Assembly (NCBI GenBank): GCA_030704615.1
Contig: CM060732.1
Location: forward strand, 20,832,001 to 20,896,000
Source of the DNA: Takakia lepidozioides
Taxonomy: Eukaryota; Plantae; Bryophyta
Direction: 5' to 3'
DNA: 64,000 nt
Shown here: in pieces, positions 12,401-24,378 of the stretch
Numbering within the stretch: the stretch's first letter is position 1
Layout of the letters: every line of letters begins with the position of its first letter
Translations under genes and position numbers: made by a program
Notes under the pieces: model-generated
What the model saw: only the letters and a program-made list of their open reading frames with translations
Database searches by the model: none
What the model was told of the DNA's origin: nothing

Positions 12401-15400
12401 CATGGAAGGATTTTTCTACTAGACTGGGACCAAGGATTCTGAAATTTGCACTCTTACTGTCTCTTGAGTGAGCAGGATGCTCTGCAGCATGCAGGAGCTT
12501 CATTGTTTAGTGCTTTACATTTGGAAAATGAATATTCAATCTTCTTCCCCCTCAACAATGCCACTTCTCCTTGGAGATGATAAGGGGTGGTCAAATGTGA
12601 CAGATTCTTGGTCTTGATATTTGTTCCGACATCCTGGTCGGGGATAGCATGCGCAGAGGCATCTCTGGTGGGCAAAAAAAACGAGTAACAACAGGTTTCA
12701 GTTTACAGACCCTACAGTAGGCAAGGTGTATCCACTTCATTGCACCACAGGAAGTCAATATGTGATTTGTAATTACAAAATCTATCATGTATGTAACTAT
12801 ACATGAATTAAGTGCCATTCAGAGGAAGAATCGGCCACTTTAAATGTAACCAGTGGAAAGCCTCTTTGATAACTCAGTTGCATATCTCCTGATTTTTGAC
12901 AGAGATGGGATCCTCAGCAAAGGATCATGTGTCCACACTCACATATGCACAAATGTGTCTAGGGCAGAACCGTTTCCTGTCCAACTCTCAGATGATCCAA
13001 TTATTCGTCATTTAAAGATATGTAGAACTCTACCAGATTTCCCAAGTTGTTCAATTGTGACAGGTGAAATGATAGTGGGGCCCACAACCGCATTGTTCAT
13101 GGACGAAATTTCCACAGGCCTGGACAGCTCCACTACATTCCAGATTGTCAGGAGTTTGGGTGACTTTGTGCATGTGTGGGAGGCTACCATCCTGATGTCC
13201 TTGCTGCAGCCAGCTCCTGAAACTTTTGAGCTCTTTGATGACATCATTCTGATTTCAGAGGGCCAGATTGTCTATCAGGGACCGCGTGACCATGTGGTGG
13301 AGTTTTTTGAGACCTGTGGTTTCAAGTGCCCTGTACGCAAGGGTGTGGCTGATTTCTTACAAGAGGTAATCTTCTAACCCTGTCTTGCTACTGTTCCATT
13401 CCCTCCATGTTTTCTCTTGCTCTACTATTTCCATTTCTCCACCCCAGTCCACATCACCTCCTCCCTCCCTCTAGTGGTGTTGCAGGGCTGCTTGCAGATC
13501 TGACAGCTTAACAAGAGTGTGAACAACAGGTGACCTCGAAGAAAGACCAAAAGCAGTATTGGTCTGATACAGCCAACCCATACTGCTATATTTCTGTGGA
13601 TGAGTTTGTAGAATCGTTTAGGACCTTCCATGTAAGCACTCAGCTGATGCAAGACTTAGCAGTTCCATATCCAAAAGAAAGAAGTCATATGGCAGCACTT
13701 GCACACGACCGTTTTTCAGTTCATAAGATGGAGCTTTTCAAAGCCAATTTTGCTAAGGAAATCCTTCTGATGAAGCGCAATAATATTTTTTATATTTTCA
13801 AGACTGGACAGGTGTGCCATTTTTCTTGCATTCGTTCCTTGCATCTGCTTAGAAGCATAATAATTTTGCTTTGTCTCGGTTTTATGCAAAGCTATCTGCA
13901 AAGATGATAACCTTATGGATATCATGGGATAGTCTTTCAGATGGTGTGGGGGCTCCAAGAGCTTGTTGCAGCTTCATGGGCCCACAAGTGCTAGTCTTTT
14001 GCTAAAAGCTCACATCTTCTGCCATTTTCCCCACAAGGCCACAAGCAAACACAGTACATTATGACTAACATTATTTGCCGTTTTGCAAAGGCAGTAACCA
14101 TGAAAAATGCAGGTCCAGATTAGACTGCGCTAGGTCGAACATGTCCTGTTCTTTAACATCAAACTAAGTCTATGCATTTGGATATCTGGCTTTCTTGTGA
14201 CTTATAGATGTACATGGTTGCAGATTGCCTTAGCAGCGTTCATATCCATGACCACGTTTTTCCGCACAAGGCTCCACCAGGAAGAAGTAAATGATGGATT
14301 AACCTACATGGGTGCTCTCTTTTTTGGAGTCGTATGCCTCATGTTCAATGGTTTTGGAGAGCTTGCTTTGATCATCAACCGGCTCCCCATTTTTTTCAAG
14401 CAGCGCGATCTTTTGTTCTACCCCACATGGGCCTTCACCCTCCCCATTTTTGTAATGGGTCTTCCAATTTCCCTATTTGAATGCGCGGTCTGGACAGGCA
14501 TGACTTACTTTGTGACTGGCTATGCTCCTGAAGCTCAAAGGTGAATCATTCTTGGGGTCCCTTCTTGTGAAACAATAACCTGCATTCAGGGGAAAATTTC
14601 CTGGATGGTAAGGGGCACTAGCCTTGTGGTGACATTGCTCTATGAGTATATATGACCATATAAGAGCTCAAGATTGTCACATGACTTCGTAAACAAGAAA
14701 TCGAATAGGACTGAGAGCGTGAGGCACTTGCATTGACATTAGCAGGTGTATAGTTAGGTGGTGCAAATATCCCTGCATGTGATTGGGAAGAGGTGGTGGA
14801 AATGGCTGTAATCTGTAGGATTTGTTGTCTTTCTTTGTGGCTCCCAGCTACATCTAGGCTCTGTTTAGGCATCTCGTTCATCGGCATGGCTGGCTGTCCC
14901 ACAGCCCTTGGTTTGGTTTCTGGGTGTCGTCTGTCATTGTCCGTCACTGGGACTAAGGCTATCCCATAGTCCGTTGCTGTTTATGCAGATCCCCAGCATG
15001 TGATATGTCTGTCTTGGCAAGTTCTGCTTGCTGTTCTCAGGCTATGCCTGTTACCTACTGCTTGTGATTTATTTCACGGTAAGCTATGTTGAATGCTCTC
15101 TGGGCTCTTGCCAAGGTGTGGTAATCCATTGGCAGACAATTTTGGTGCCATTGTGTGAATTGCAATATAGGGACTGATCCTCTGGCACACAGGGAAAAGA
15201 CAAAAAGAGCTTGTTTGAGTTGGAGGCTTTTCTAACATGTCAATAGACTAAGCCTTCCTATATAACTTGGCCTCTGGCACCCAGGGAAAAGACAAAAAGA
15301 GCTTGTTTTTGAGTTTGAGGTGTTTCTAACCTCATGTCCATACACTAAGTCTTCGTATGTGCTCTTGGCAGGTTCTTCAAGCAGTATGTTGTTCTAGTCT

Positions 15401-18400
15401 GTACCCAGCAAATGTCAGCAGGGCTGTTCCGGGCAATAGGGGGCTTTTGCCGGACAATGATTTTAGCCAACACAATAGGCTTTTTGTTGCTGCTCGTTGT
15501 CTTCATGATGGGAGGTTTTGTCATTCCTAGGCCAGACATCAAGCGGTGGTGGATCTGGGCCTATTGGGCCTCCCCACTCACTTATGCAGACCATGCTGTC
15601 TTTGTCAATGAAATGCTGGCACATCGCTGGGCGAAGGTAGGGCCTGGACCCTCTGCTTAATTGGCACTAACCAATTTAAGAGACAAGTTGTGGCTTTTCT
15701 CTAGGTTTCCAGTTCTGATCTCTGGTTTTATGTGTTTGTCTTCATCCCGATGTAGAAATTGGTGTGAGGCCCTGTTCTCTCTCTATCCTTCGTCATTTCA
15801 GGTTCTGACTCTCTCCACCTGCCTCTCAGAAAGAAAAAGCATCTCTTCTAGTTGATTGATTCCTTTCTCCCACTTGTGAACACCATGTCACGAATCACAA
15901 TGAACTTGCAGATTGTGCCCAATTTATCATCTTCAATGATGAATCGGGACGGGGAGGGGGGGGGGGGTTGCCCGGGGCGTATAAACGAAAACAGATTCCA
16001 TTATGTGAGGCTCACCACGAGGCGTACTCTCATAGCGCAGCACACATCACAATGTGGCACTCAGTCTCTGTAAAAAAGCTTGACAATCCAGGTCATGTGC
16101 TGCACTCACAAAAAACTGCCAGTGATATACTAATTTTTTTTTTTTTTTCCCCCCTATGGGTTTTGACTCCAGCTCCCGCTGAAGCAATGGTAGCTGCTCC
16201 TGCTCCAATGTTAACCTAAGCCTAAATTGCGCGAAAAGTCACATTGGTTAAAACTCCAGGATCTACTCGTTGAGATGCACCATGTGCGCGAAGGGCGCGG
16301 GAACGGAGGTTACTATAAGAAGATCTAGTGGGGTTTAATTTCTGGAAGGAATTGCGCGCCTCTATTGTTATGCAAAGGAAAGTTGAGGTACATGGTTCTT
16401 GCAGCCGTATGTAGGTAATATGACTCTGGGAGTGGCCATTCTGACATATCGGGGAATACACACCGAAAGCTACTGGTACTGGCTTGGTGTCGGGGCATTG
16501 ATTGGATTCGCAGTTCTCTTCAACTTGCTGTTCACTCTTGCCATTCACACCTTGAACCGTAAGTCAGCCATGTGGACAGTTTACATTTGACTTTGCTTGT
16601 TGTATCCTCCTAGGAAAGGAACGAAAGAAACCTCTTCAGCCCACAGGAGGCCCAGAAGGTCTATGGACTGCAGTAGAACTGCAAGAGGAGGAAAAACAGG
16701 AGGCACAACAACTAGACACGAACAAGAGTTACCCAAACCAGACCACTACCACTGCCAAAAGAGAGAGGAGAAAAGAAGGAAGAGTAAGAAATGAAATAGC
16801 ACTTTATAATGTTGACAGGCCCCCCAAAGAGAGTGTGTGTACTCATAAGATGTTGTTTGCTGTAGCCTCGTGGCCATAGACCCCTGAACAAGAGGAACAA
16901 AGCTTAATACTTCCAATGGAGGTGCAAAGTGCCTATTGACCAAGTGAGCTTTCCAAAATAAGTCCTGAAGCTCTGATGGACTTGTAAGTAGAGAAGAAGC
17001 AAGTTGTTAGTTCATGAGAGAAGAAAGAAGAAATGTAATGGTATTTTAGAGAGATCCAAAGGGTTGGGTGGGGAAATAGGATGAGGTGGATAGGTGCATC
17101 GTAAAGGGGAAGGGAAAGAGAAACAAGGGGTGCGGACAAGTATTGAATTGGGGTGTCATTCTGTGTCGGAACAGCGCTGGGGAAGCCCCAAGCAGTCATC
17201 TCAGAGGATGCCTTGGCAGAAAAGGGCGCAAATCAAAGAGGGAACCCCCGAAGAGGTATTGATGATACCTAAAGCTTGTCATGTCATGATCCAACTGAAC
17301 AGGGTGTCATGATAGAGGAGTAGTTGCACCCTGTTTTAGAACTGCTCCCTGCATCTGGATGGTCAACTCTGCAAATGTGGACAATTGAATCAACGTCAAG
17401 GGCTTCAAGCTGTGCACTGGGTAGGTGGTGGGGTTATTTTTTGGTCAAGATAATCCATTACAAGTTATCCATATGAGAAAGGGGATTGTGCTCGGTTTCA
17501 TGTATGACACCACATTACATATATGAGGTGCAAGATTTATGCTTAGTGCTATACCTACGTTAGCTGGACACTCACAGATCTGTGTCTGTCCATGCTGGGT
17601 GTTTTTGCGCATGAAGAGAATGAACTGAAATGGAAAGGAACTTTATAATGTCAAAGGGCAGCAAAGAGCTTATGGACAAAAGAAAGAAATGAATTGCTTG
17701 AAACAACCACAATATCTAACGGTATAGCAGGGGATCCACTTGCAGAAGCTTCCTCAAGGGTACTAGGACAAAGCAAAATGCAAATGCAGAACCCGTACGC
17801 TGATACCAATGCACCAATGCATGATGCTGGGGGTGGGCACCAATCTGCCCATGCTAAGCGGGGCATGATTCTGCCATTCCAACCCTTGTCAATCTCCTTT
17901 GATAATATTTCTTATTCTGTCGACATGCCTCAGGTATGCCAGCAGTGTCCCTTGTGATCTTTTTCTCTAGGGCACTTAGTCAATGATACAGTAGTAGCAA
18001 CCAAGGCTCTCAACAGCAAGTTCCACACTCTATCTCTCTCTATCTAGCTGACTTGGCAACATCTTATGAGTACATTCTATCTAGTTGACTGTTGATCCCT
18101 CCCCTCCCTTCCCTTTATGCCGCACAGTGCTTCAGAGATTGTCTTGTGCATCTGAGTCCATGTCTTCGATTAAGCAGGGTTTGGAGAAGCAACCTCCCCT
18201 GGGTGATTGTAACATTCATGCTGTATATATTTGTTTTAAGCAGAAAGGCAACTCGCAGAAGGGCGCCGCCATTTTTCGTTTCTCACATATATTCACTCTG
18301 AATTTGCAGGAAATGAAGAAGGAGGGGGTGACACAGGATAGATTACAGCTGCTATTTAATGTTACTGGAGCATTTCAGCCAGGTGTACTTACAGCATTGG

Positions 18401-21400
18401 TTGGTGTCAGTGGAGCTGGGAAGACAACCCTCATGGATGTGCTTGCTGGAAGGAAGACAAGTGGGTACGTAGAGGGCGATGTCCGTATCTCTGGCTACCC
18501 CAAGAACCAGAAAACATTTGCACGTATATCGGGCTATTGTGAGCAGAATGATATTCATTCGCCTCAGGTGACAGTCCGTGAATCGGTCATCTATTCAGCC
18601 TGGCTTCGACTAGCTCAAGGGATTGACACCAGTAGTAGAATGGTATGTATCTATCCTGAAAACAAAGTGTACTTTGCTCCAGATTATTTCTACTTGAGTC
18701 CTCATGTGGGGGAGATTGAACTGGAATAGCTTGAAAAAGCACATCAGGAAGTGACAAGTAGAATGAGTTTGAATTATATGCCTCCAGAAATTTGTGGATG
18801 AGGTGATGGAGCTGGTGGAGCTCGTGCCATTGCAAAATGCACTGGTGGGGCTGCCGGGTGTCACGGGGCTGTCAACAGAACAAAGGAAACGGTTGACAAT
18901 TGCTGTCGAGCTGGTGGCCAACCCGTCGATCATCTTCATGGACGAGCCCACCAGTGGGCTTGATGCACGTGCTGCAGCCATTGTGATGCGGACTGTCCGC
19001 AACACTGTTGACACTGGCCGCACTGTTGTTTGCACCATCCACCAACCCAGCATTGACATCTTTGAAGCCTTTGATGAGGTGATGACTCCTCGTATGCTCT
19101 GCAAGCTTGATCAGTAGAAAAACGAAAGATTGAAAGAAACAGATGTGATGTTAGCCCACTGCATTTTGTAAAATTTTGGAGGTTTACATGTATACACATA
19201 TTATTTATTTGAGCTGGGGAGGATGGCAGATGTTGCTCATGAAACGGGGAGGGCGAGTTATCTACATGGGACCACTGGGACACCACTCAAAAAATCTTAT
19301 TGAATATTTTGAGGTGTGTTGTTTGAGCAGGTTTGATCCTTCTGTAAACGCTGCAGTCTGGGCGGGGTGTGCCAATTGAGGTTGTGGATGTTCTTAGAGT
19401 GTGAGATGAAGAAGAGGGGTGGAGGAGTGTACACAATTGTGGCAACGTTGAGAGGAATCTGTACTATTCTGTCAATTGCCTCGTGGCTATAGCCCTGTTC
19501 CTGGTGCAGATAGGAGAAACAATTTCTGATCTCATTTCAGTCCTGTCCGCTTTTGATGCTTCTTGGTGTTCAAAAGTGGAGATATCAAAGTACTTAGTTA
19601 GGGAGTGTAACCTGGGGTTTTGTCCTCATGAAGAATAAAACTTCCATTTCCATAGAAAGGAGAATATCACATCCACAGGAGGGGCAGAGGGCCTATGGAC
19701 AATTAAGGTACAAGAGGCAGGGAGAGGGAAATGAACTGAATTGAAATGGTACTTTATAACGTCTGCTGAAAGCTCAAAGAGCTTATGGGATCTTTTCTGT
19801 CCATGGGGCCCAGAGAGGCCATCTGGAACCTACAAGAGAGGGACACATTATGAGTATAAGAAAACCAAAAGAATGAGGATGACTGGAGAGAAATGAAAGG
19901 AAAAATGATAGTTTGTAGTGTCTGCGGAAAGCTCAAAGAGCTTATGGGACAAGAGAAAGCAGGAAATAAGAAAGAGAGAGCCCTCCACAAGTTGCCCAAA
20001 AACAACTATGCTCAAGGGTATGTCTAAGAGTCAACGCCTAGTGCAGATATGCAGCTAAACAATTCTGATCCTCGTAATGGAAGACCTCTGTGAGAGTCAG
20101 AATAGACAATAGGTCTCCCATGGGTCTCATAGTAAAAAGGACAGTGAAAGAAGAAATGTTCGTCACTTTCAATTTCCCTGTTGTTTCCAGCGCAAGTGGG
20201 GAAGTCCTCACATTGCAGGTTGTCGCACCTACCAGTCTCTATCTGCAGAGTGTGGGAGCCCACCCTAAACCTCTCCAATATCCTTAGAAGAATGTACTCA
20301 TAAGACGTTTGCCGTAGCCTTGTTGCCACCAATGCCCTTAGAAGAGAGGGAATACAGCTGCAGAGTGGGAATTGGGCCTCAGGATTCTATTGTCACAGAG
20401 GACCAAGAATGTCTCTGATAGAACTGCAGTTCTGTCTGAAGATTGGCTGGTTTCCATGTTCGCCTGACGTGAAGTTCCGTCTGATGCATCTATTGCGGTC
20501 CTGCTTGGACGAGATTTCCCACCCCTCCGTATTTTGTGGCAGTAGGGAAGCAACAGAGAGTCTGTAGTGCCCAAGAAAGTTGTAGACCCAATCATTCAGG
20601 TCTTGAAACCAGTCTGAGAAATGAAATGAAATGGTGCTTTATAACGTCCGCGGAAAGCTCATAGAGCTTATGGGACAAAATGGAAGAAAACATGAGGGAG
20701 GAAGAAATCCAGTTCTCTTGACATGTAATTCCATAAGCTCTCTCCTAATGAGTCTGTTGCGGTCATGTCTGGATGTGATGTCCACCTCATCTGGATTCAT
20801 TGGTAATAGGAAAGCAGTAGAAAGTCTGTTGCGTTGAAATAAACTGTCCACTCGAGCATACCAGGAGTTCCTGAAACCTGCATCTTTGAGCCTCATAGAT
20901 GTTGTGAGGGCCCTTGCCACGAGCCCCTTGGGTGGAAGGGCCTGTAATCTATGGAGAAAGATTGTAAGCCGGAAGAGGGCCTCGGATTGCAATGGTACAC
21001 ATGCGAACTCTGCACCTAGGATCTGAGATGGAGTTGTGCTCCTGGCGCCAAGCATTGCTTGGAGAAAAGATGACTGTAATGGTTCCAAATTCTTTTCCCA
21101 CCAGGAGACAGGGACACCAGGTGCCCAGAACTCACAACCATAGATGGTAGCAGGGCTGACGACGGTGTCAAACAGCCACTTTTTGGTTGGGGGATGACGC
21201 AGATGTATTTGCTTGCATTTGGCCTGAAGGAAGAGAAATGAAATAACCAGAGCCAAAAAAAAGCCCAAAAGCAACTACTGCTCAAGGGATTGTCTAAGGG
21301 TCAAGGCCTCGTGCAGGTAAGCTGCCAAGCATTTCTGATCCTCATAGTGGAAGACTTCAGTGAGAGATTGAGTTCCACGGAATAGACAGTCTCCCACGGA

Positions 21401-24378
21401 TCACATAATATAGAGGGCAATAAAAGAATAAGTATTCTTCAGTTTCAATTTCCTGGTTGCGCCCGGTGCAAGTTGGGCATAGGCGGTCCTCCCGTTGCAG
21501 GTTTTCCCATCTGCCACTCTCTATCCGTAGATTGTGGGAGCCCATCCTGAACCGTCCGAATGCCCTCAGGAGGAGATAAAGGCACCGAAAGGTAATTGGG
21601 CCGCAAGATTCTATCATCACGGAGAACCAAGAATGTCTCTGATGGAAATGGAGTTTTGTTGTGAGATTGGGTAGATTCCAAGTTCTCCTGACATGTAGTT
21701 CGATAAGTTCCCTTCTAATGAGTCTGTTGTGATCCTGTTTGGATGTGATTTCCACCCCTTACGTGCTAAAAAAACTGCACACTAGAGCATATCAAGAGTC
21801 CTGTAACCTTTTAAGAAAGATTGTAAGCCGGAAGAGGGCCTTGGTTTGAAGTGGCATGCATGGAAAACCAAAAGTCCACATCAAAACATGCCAAACATCC
21901 CTCGGACACAGAGTTGTCACCAGAGTTTAGTCACAGTTAGCTATCGGTTGGCTGCCCTAGTCTGGCAGTCGTCTCTTGTGGCATCTACAAATCAGGTTCT
22001 TTGTCAAAGCACTTTGCTGTGAGAGGAGGTTTGTTTGGGCACTTCCCTCCAGAATGACTGGCACATTGTGTTGTTTTCTTCATTGACTGGTCTGTGATGT
22101 TTCTTTCCATTTTCATGTGGTATATATATGAGGTTTCTCATTGATAACATGAGGCCTGCGGTTTTTCCCTTGCTGAAATCTCTTCCATTTTGTTGTCATG
22201 CTGATTGCAGGCTATAACCGGGGTAGTCAAAATCAGACAGGGACACAACCCTGCCACATGGATGCTGGAAGTTACTTCTGTTGCAGTCGAACACCAAATA
22301 AATGTTGATTTTGCAGATATTTATGTGAACTCCTCCCTTCACCAGTGAGGCCCTTTCTTGAGCTGCAAAGACATCATGTGAAAGTGCTTAGTCCAAGCAT
22401 AATTGTGTCTTTCAGCTATCTATTCAATGATTATGAATGTGCCATTTTATGTGGAGATCATATTCTGAACTCAGCAAATGTTGAAACAAAGTTTACCTGA
22501 AATGAGTTTCTTTTGTGCATGTCCCTAGCTGCTGGCCCTCTCTATCCAGGTGCAACCCTTCCTCCCCTCTATTTTGCTGTCCAACCACACCCAAGGTTTT
22601 GGGGGTACCAACTCTATCCCCCCCCAAAATCCTGCCCTTCTTCCAGTCCTTTTTGTTATTCTAATAAGGATTCGTGTGCTGGACAGGAAAAACAAGGCGC
22701 TGGTTAAGGAGCTGAGCATCCCTGCTCAGGCCTCAAAGGACCTGAGCTTTCCAACTGATTATTCTCAACCTACATTTGCACAACTGAAGTCATGCCTGTG
22801 GAAGCAGCATCTGACATATTGGCGCAGTCCTCACTACAACCTAGTGCGGATTCTGTTTACTCTTGCCACAGCTCTCATCTTTGGGAGCATCTTCTGGAAG
22901 ATTGGCACTCACCGGTTAGCATTTTAACGCAACTTGCCGGGAGCTTTGTTTCAAAGAAGAAGCAGAACGTAACATACTCAAGATAACCAGTCAGCCCATA
23001 ATTCTACAAATTTTCAAATAGATATGCATGATATTCTAACCATGAGGCTTTTGATGGGTGATAGAGATACGTCTTCAAACTTACTCACCACAATGGGCGC
23101 CCTATACAGTGCCACAACATTCATTGCATCTAACAGCTGTGGAACAGTTCAGCCTGTAGTAAGTATTGAGCGCACCGTATTTTACAGAGAGAAAGCAGCT
23201 GGGATGTACTCTGCAATACCTTACGCTTTTGCCCAGGCAAGCCAGTCTGACATTTCATGGTACATGACTCTTAAGTGTGTGAGTGTGTGTCTGTTGAAAG
23301 AACAAGTTTTCAGCCCTATCATGGCACAGTGTTGTTTATGGGGATTGGGGCATAGGCCAGTGTTGTACCGCAGCCAGGTTTAAATCTGCAATGGTGCCAT
23401 CTCAAACTGATCTTGCAGTGACTCCCGTTTCAAAGTTTTTTCTTTGAGGACTAACTTGCATCTCAGTTTCTGGTGTAAACGTCTCTGGGGATCCAGTGTT
23501 CCTGAATCACTAGTCTTCCCTCTCTTGGCCCCCAGGGCAGCAAGCATAATTTGTCTAATGAATATGCTCCTTGTTTGGTGTGCACAGGTCTTGATCGAGA
23601 TACCATATGTGTTTGCTCAAACATTGGTGTATGCATTGATTACATACTCCATGTTATTTTTCGAATGGACAGCAAGAAAGTTTTTCTGGTACTTTTTTGC
23701 CGTGTTTGGTTTGATACTTGGGTTTGCATATTATGGAATGATGATGGTTGCTCTTACTGCAAATGAGCAACTTGCAACAATCATGGCGACCTTCTTCTAT
23801 TCTGTCTTCAACCTCTTTTCTGGATTTATGATTCCATTGTCGGTAGGCCCAACACACCTTCAGACCCTCAGCTTTACCTGTGTTGAGTCAGTAGACACTC
23901 AGTGTTTCTGTTTAGAAGTTTGTCTTCTCAGTAGAGCAGTGGTTACACCTTCTATAGTGAGTCTTTCCGGAAGAATTGTGCACCTGACTAATAAGGTTAT
24001 CTTTCCTCACATTTGTAGAATTGTAAAAATATTGCAGCAAGTTGCCTTGTACCGTACATAGAGGTACACCCCATCACGGCTCAATTTGGATGGTCTGGCC
24101 TGCAGAAAATACCACCCTGGTGGATCTGGTATTACTGGATTTGCCCAACGGCATGGACACTATATGCCCTCGTTACATCGCAGTTCGGTACTGTCACAGC
24201 TCTTGTAAATGACACTGGAAGTCTCATTCCTCCAACTGTGGCACAGTTTGTCACAAGCTATTTCGGGTATCACAATAGCTATTTGGGACTGGTGGGGTTC
24301 ATGATCATATTCTGGCCGCTTCTCTTTGCATCTGTCTTTGCTGTTGCCATCAAGTTTGTTAACTTTCAGCACCGTTGA
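9452..24378 (+). CDS. ABCG: Full-size ABCG (PDR) transporter, NBD-TMD-NBD-TMD, 23 coding exons; start codon uncertain (first in-frame ATG at 9530, or an upstream exon)
   Basis: Exons: ~9452/9530-9816, 10141-10261, 10418-10506, 10774-10858, 11119-11278, 11599-11675, 11886-11939, 12604-12694, 13064-13365, 13530-13811, 14224-14540, 15372-15636, 16405-16558, 17175-17255, 17731-17933, 18310-18642, 18788-19078, 19230-19313, 22211-22344, 22687-22914, 23065-23236, 23588-23842, 24106-24378 (TGA). PDR signatures: [76 protein letters not shown]. The splice phases checked are consistent. Confidence 0.95.
15178..15330. repeat. ~60-bp direct duplication in ABCG intron 11
   Basis: CCTCTGGCAC(A/C)CAGGGAAAAGACAAAAAGAGCTTGTTT...TTCTAAC occurs at about 15179 and 15271. 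Confidence 0.8.
15975..16045 (+). pseudogene. Possible remnant of an organellar group II intron maturase C-terminal HNH endonuclease domain
   Basis: Translates to [19 protein letters not shown]. This resembles the RKQIPLCxxH/C-H motif at the end of mitochondrial intron-encoded RT/maturases, but the match is very short. Confidence 0.4.
16785..16900 (-). mobile_element. Internally deleted 3' remnant of an RTE/RTEX-like LINE (ABCG intron 13)
   Basis: A GAAATGAAAT...TTTATAA tail end is joined to GTACTCATAAGATGTTGTTTGCTGTAGCC, which matches 20293-20325 and 27878-27910. Confidence 0.55.
17617..17695 (-). mobile_element. Short 3'-end remnant of the same LINE family (ABCG intron 14)
   Basis: AATGAACTGAAATGG...CTTTATAATGTC...AAAGAGCTTATGGACAAAAG resembles 19729-19790 and 20618-20680. 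Confidence 0.55.
19729..21865 (-). mobile_element. Four head-to-tail 5'-truncated RTE/RTEX-like LINE fragments in ABCG intron 18
   Basis: Tails lie at about 19729, 19889, 20618 and 21234. Encoded motifs are [17 protein letters not shown] (RT thumb region) and RFRxGSHxLxIETGRW...CPTC...ExEEHFFFxCPxY (C-terminal Cys/His domain). Confidence 0.8.

Noticed and set aside
18610-19104. 164-aa - strand ORF (and 30886-31428)
   Set aside because: Antisense shadows of ABCG and GH3 exons.
20639-21274. 211-aa ORF with a signal-peptide-like N-terminus nested antisense in an intron
   Set aside because: The hydrophobic start is the T-rich 3' UTR of one LINE copy fused by chance to the ORF of the next; it lacks an ATG start.
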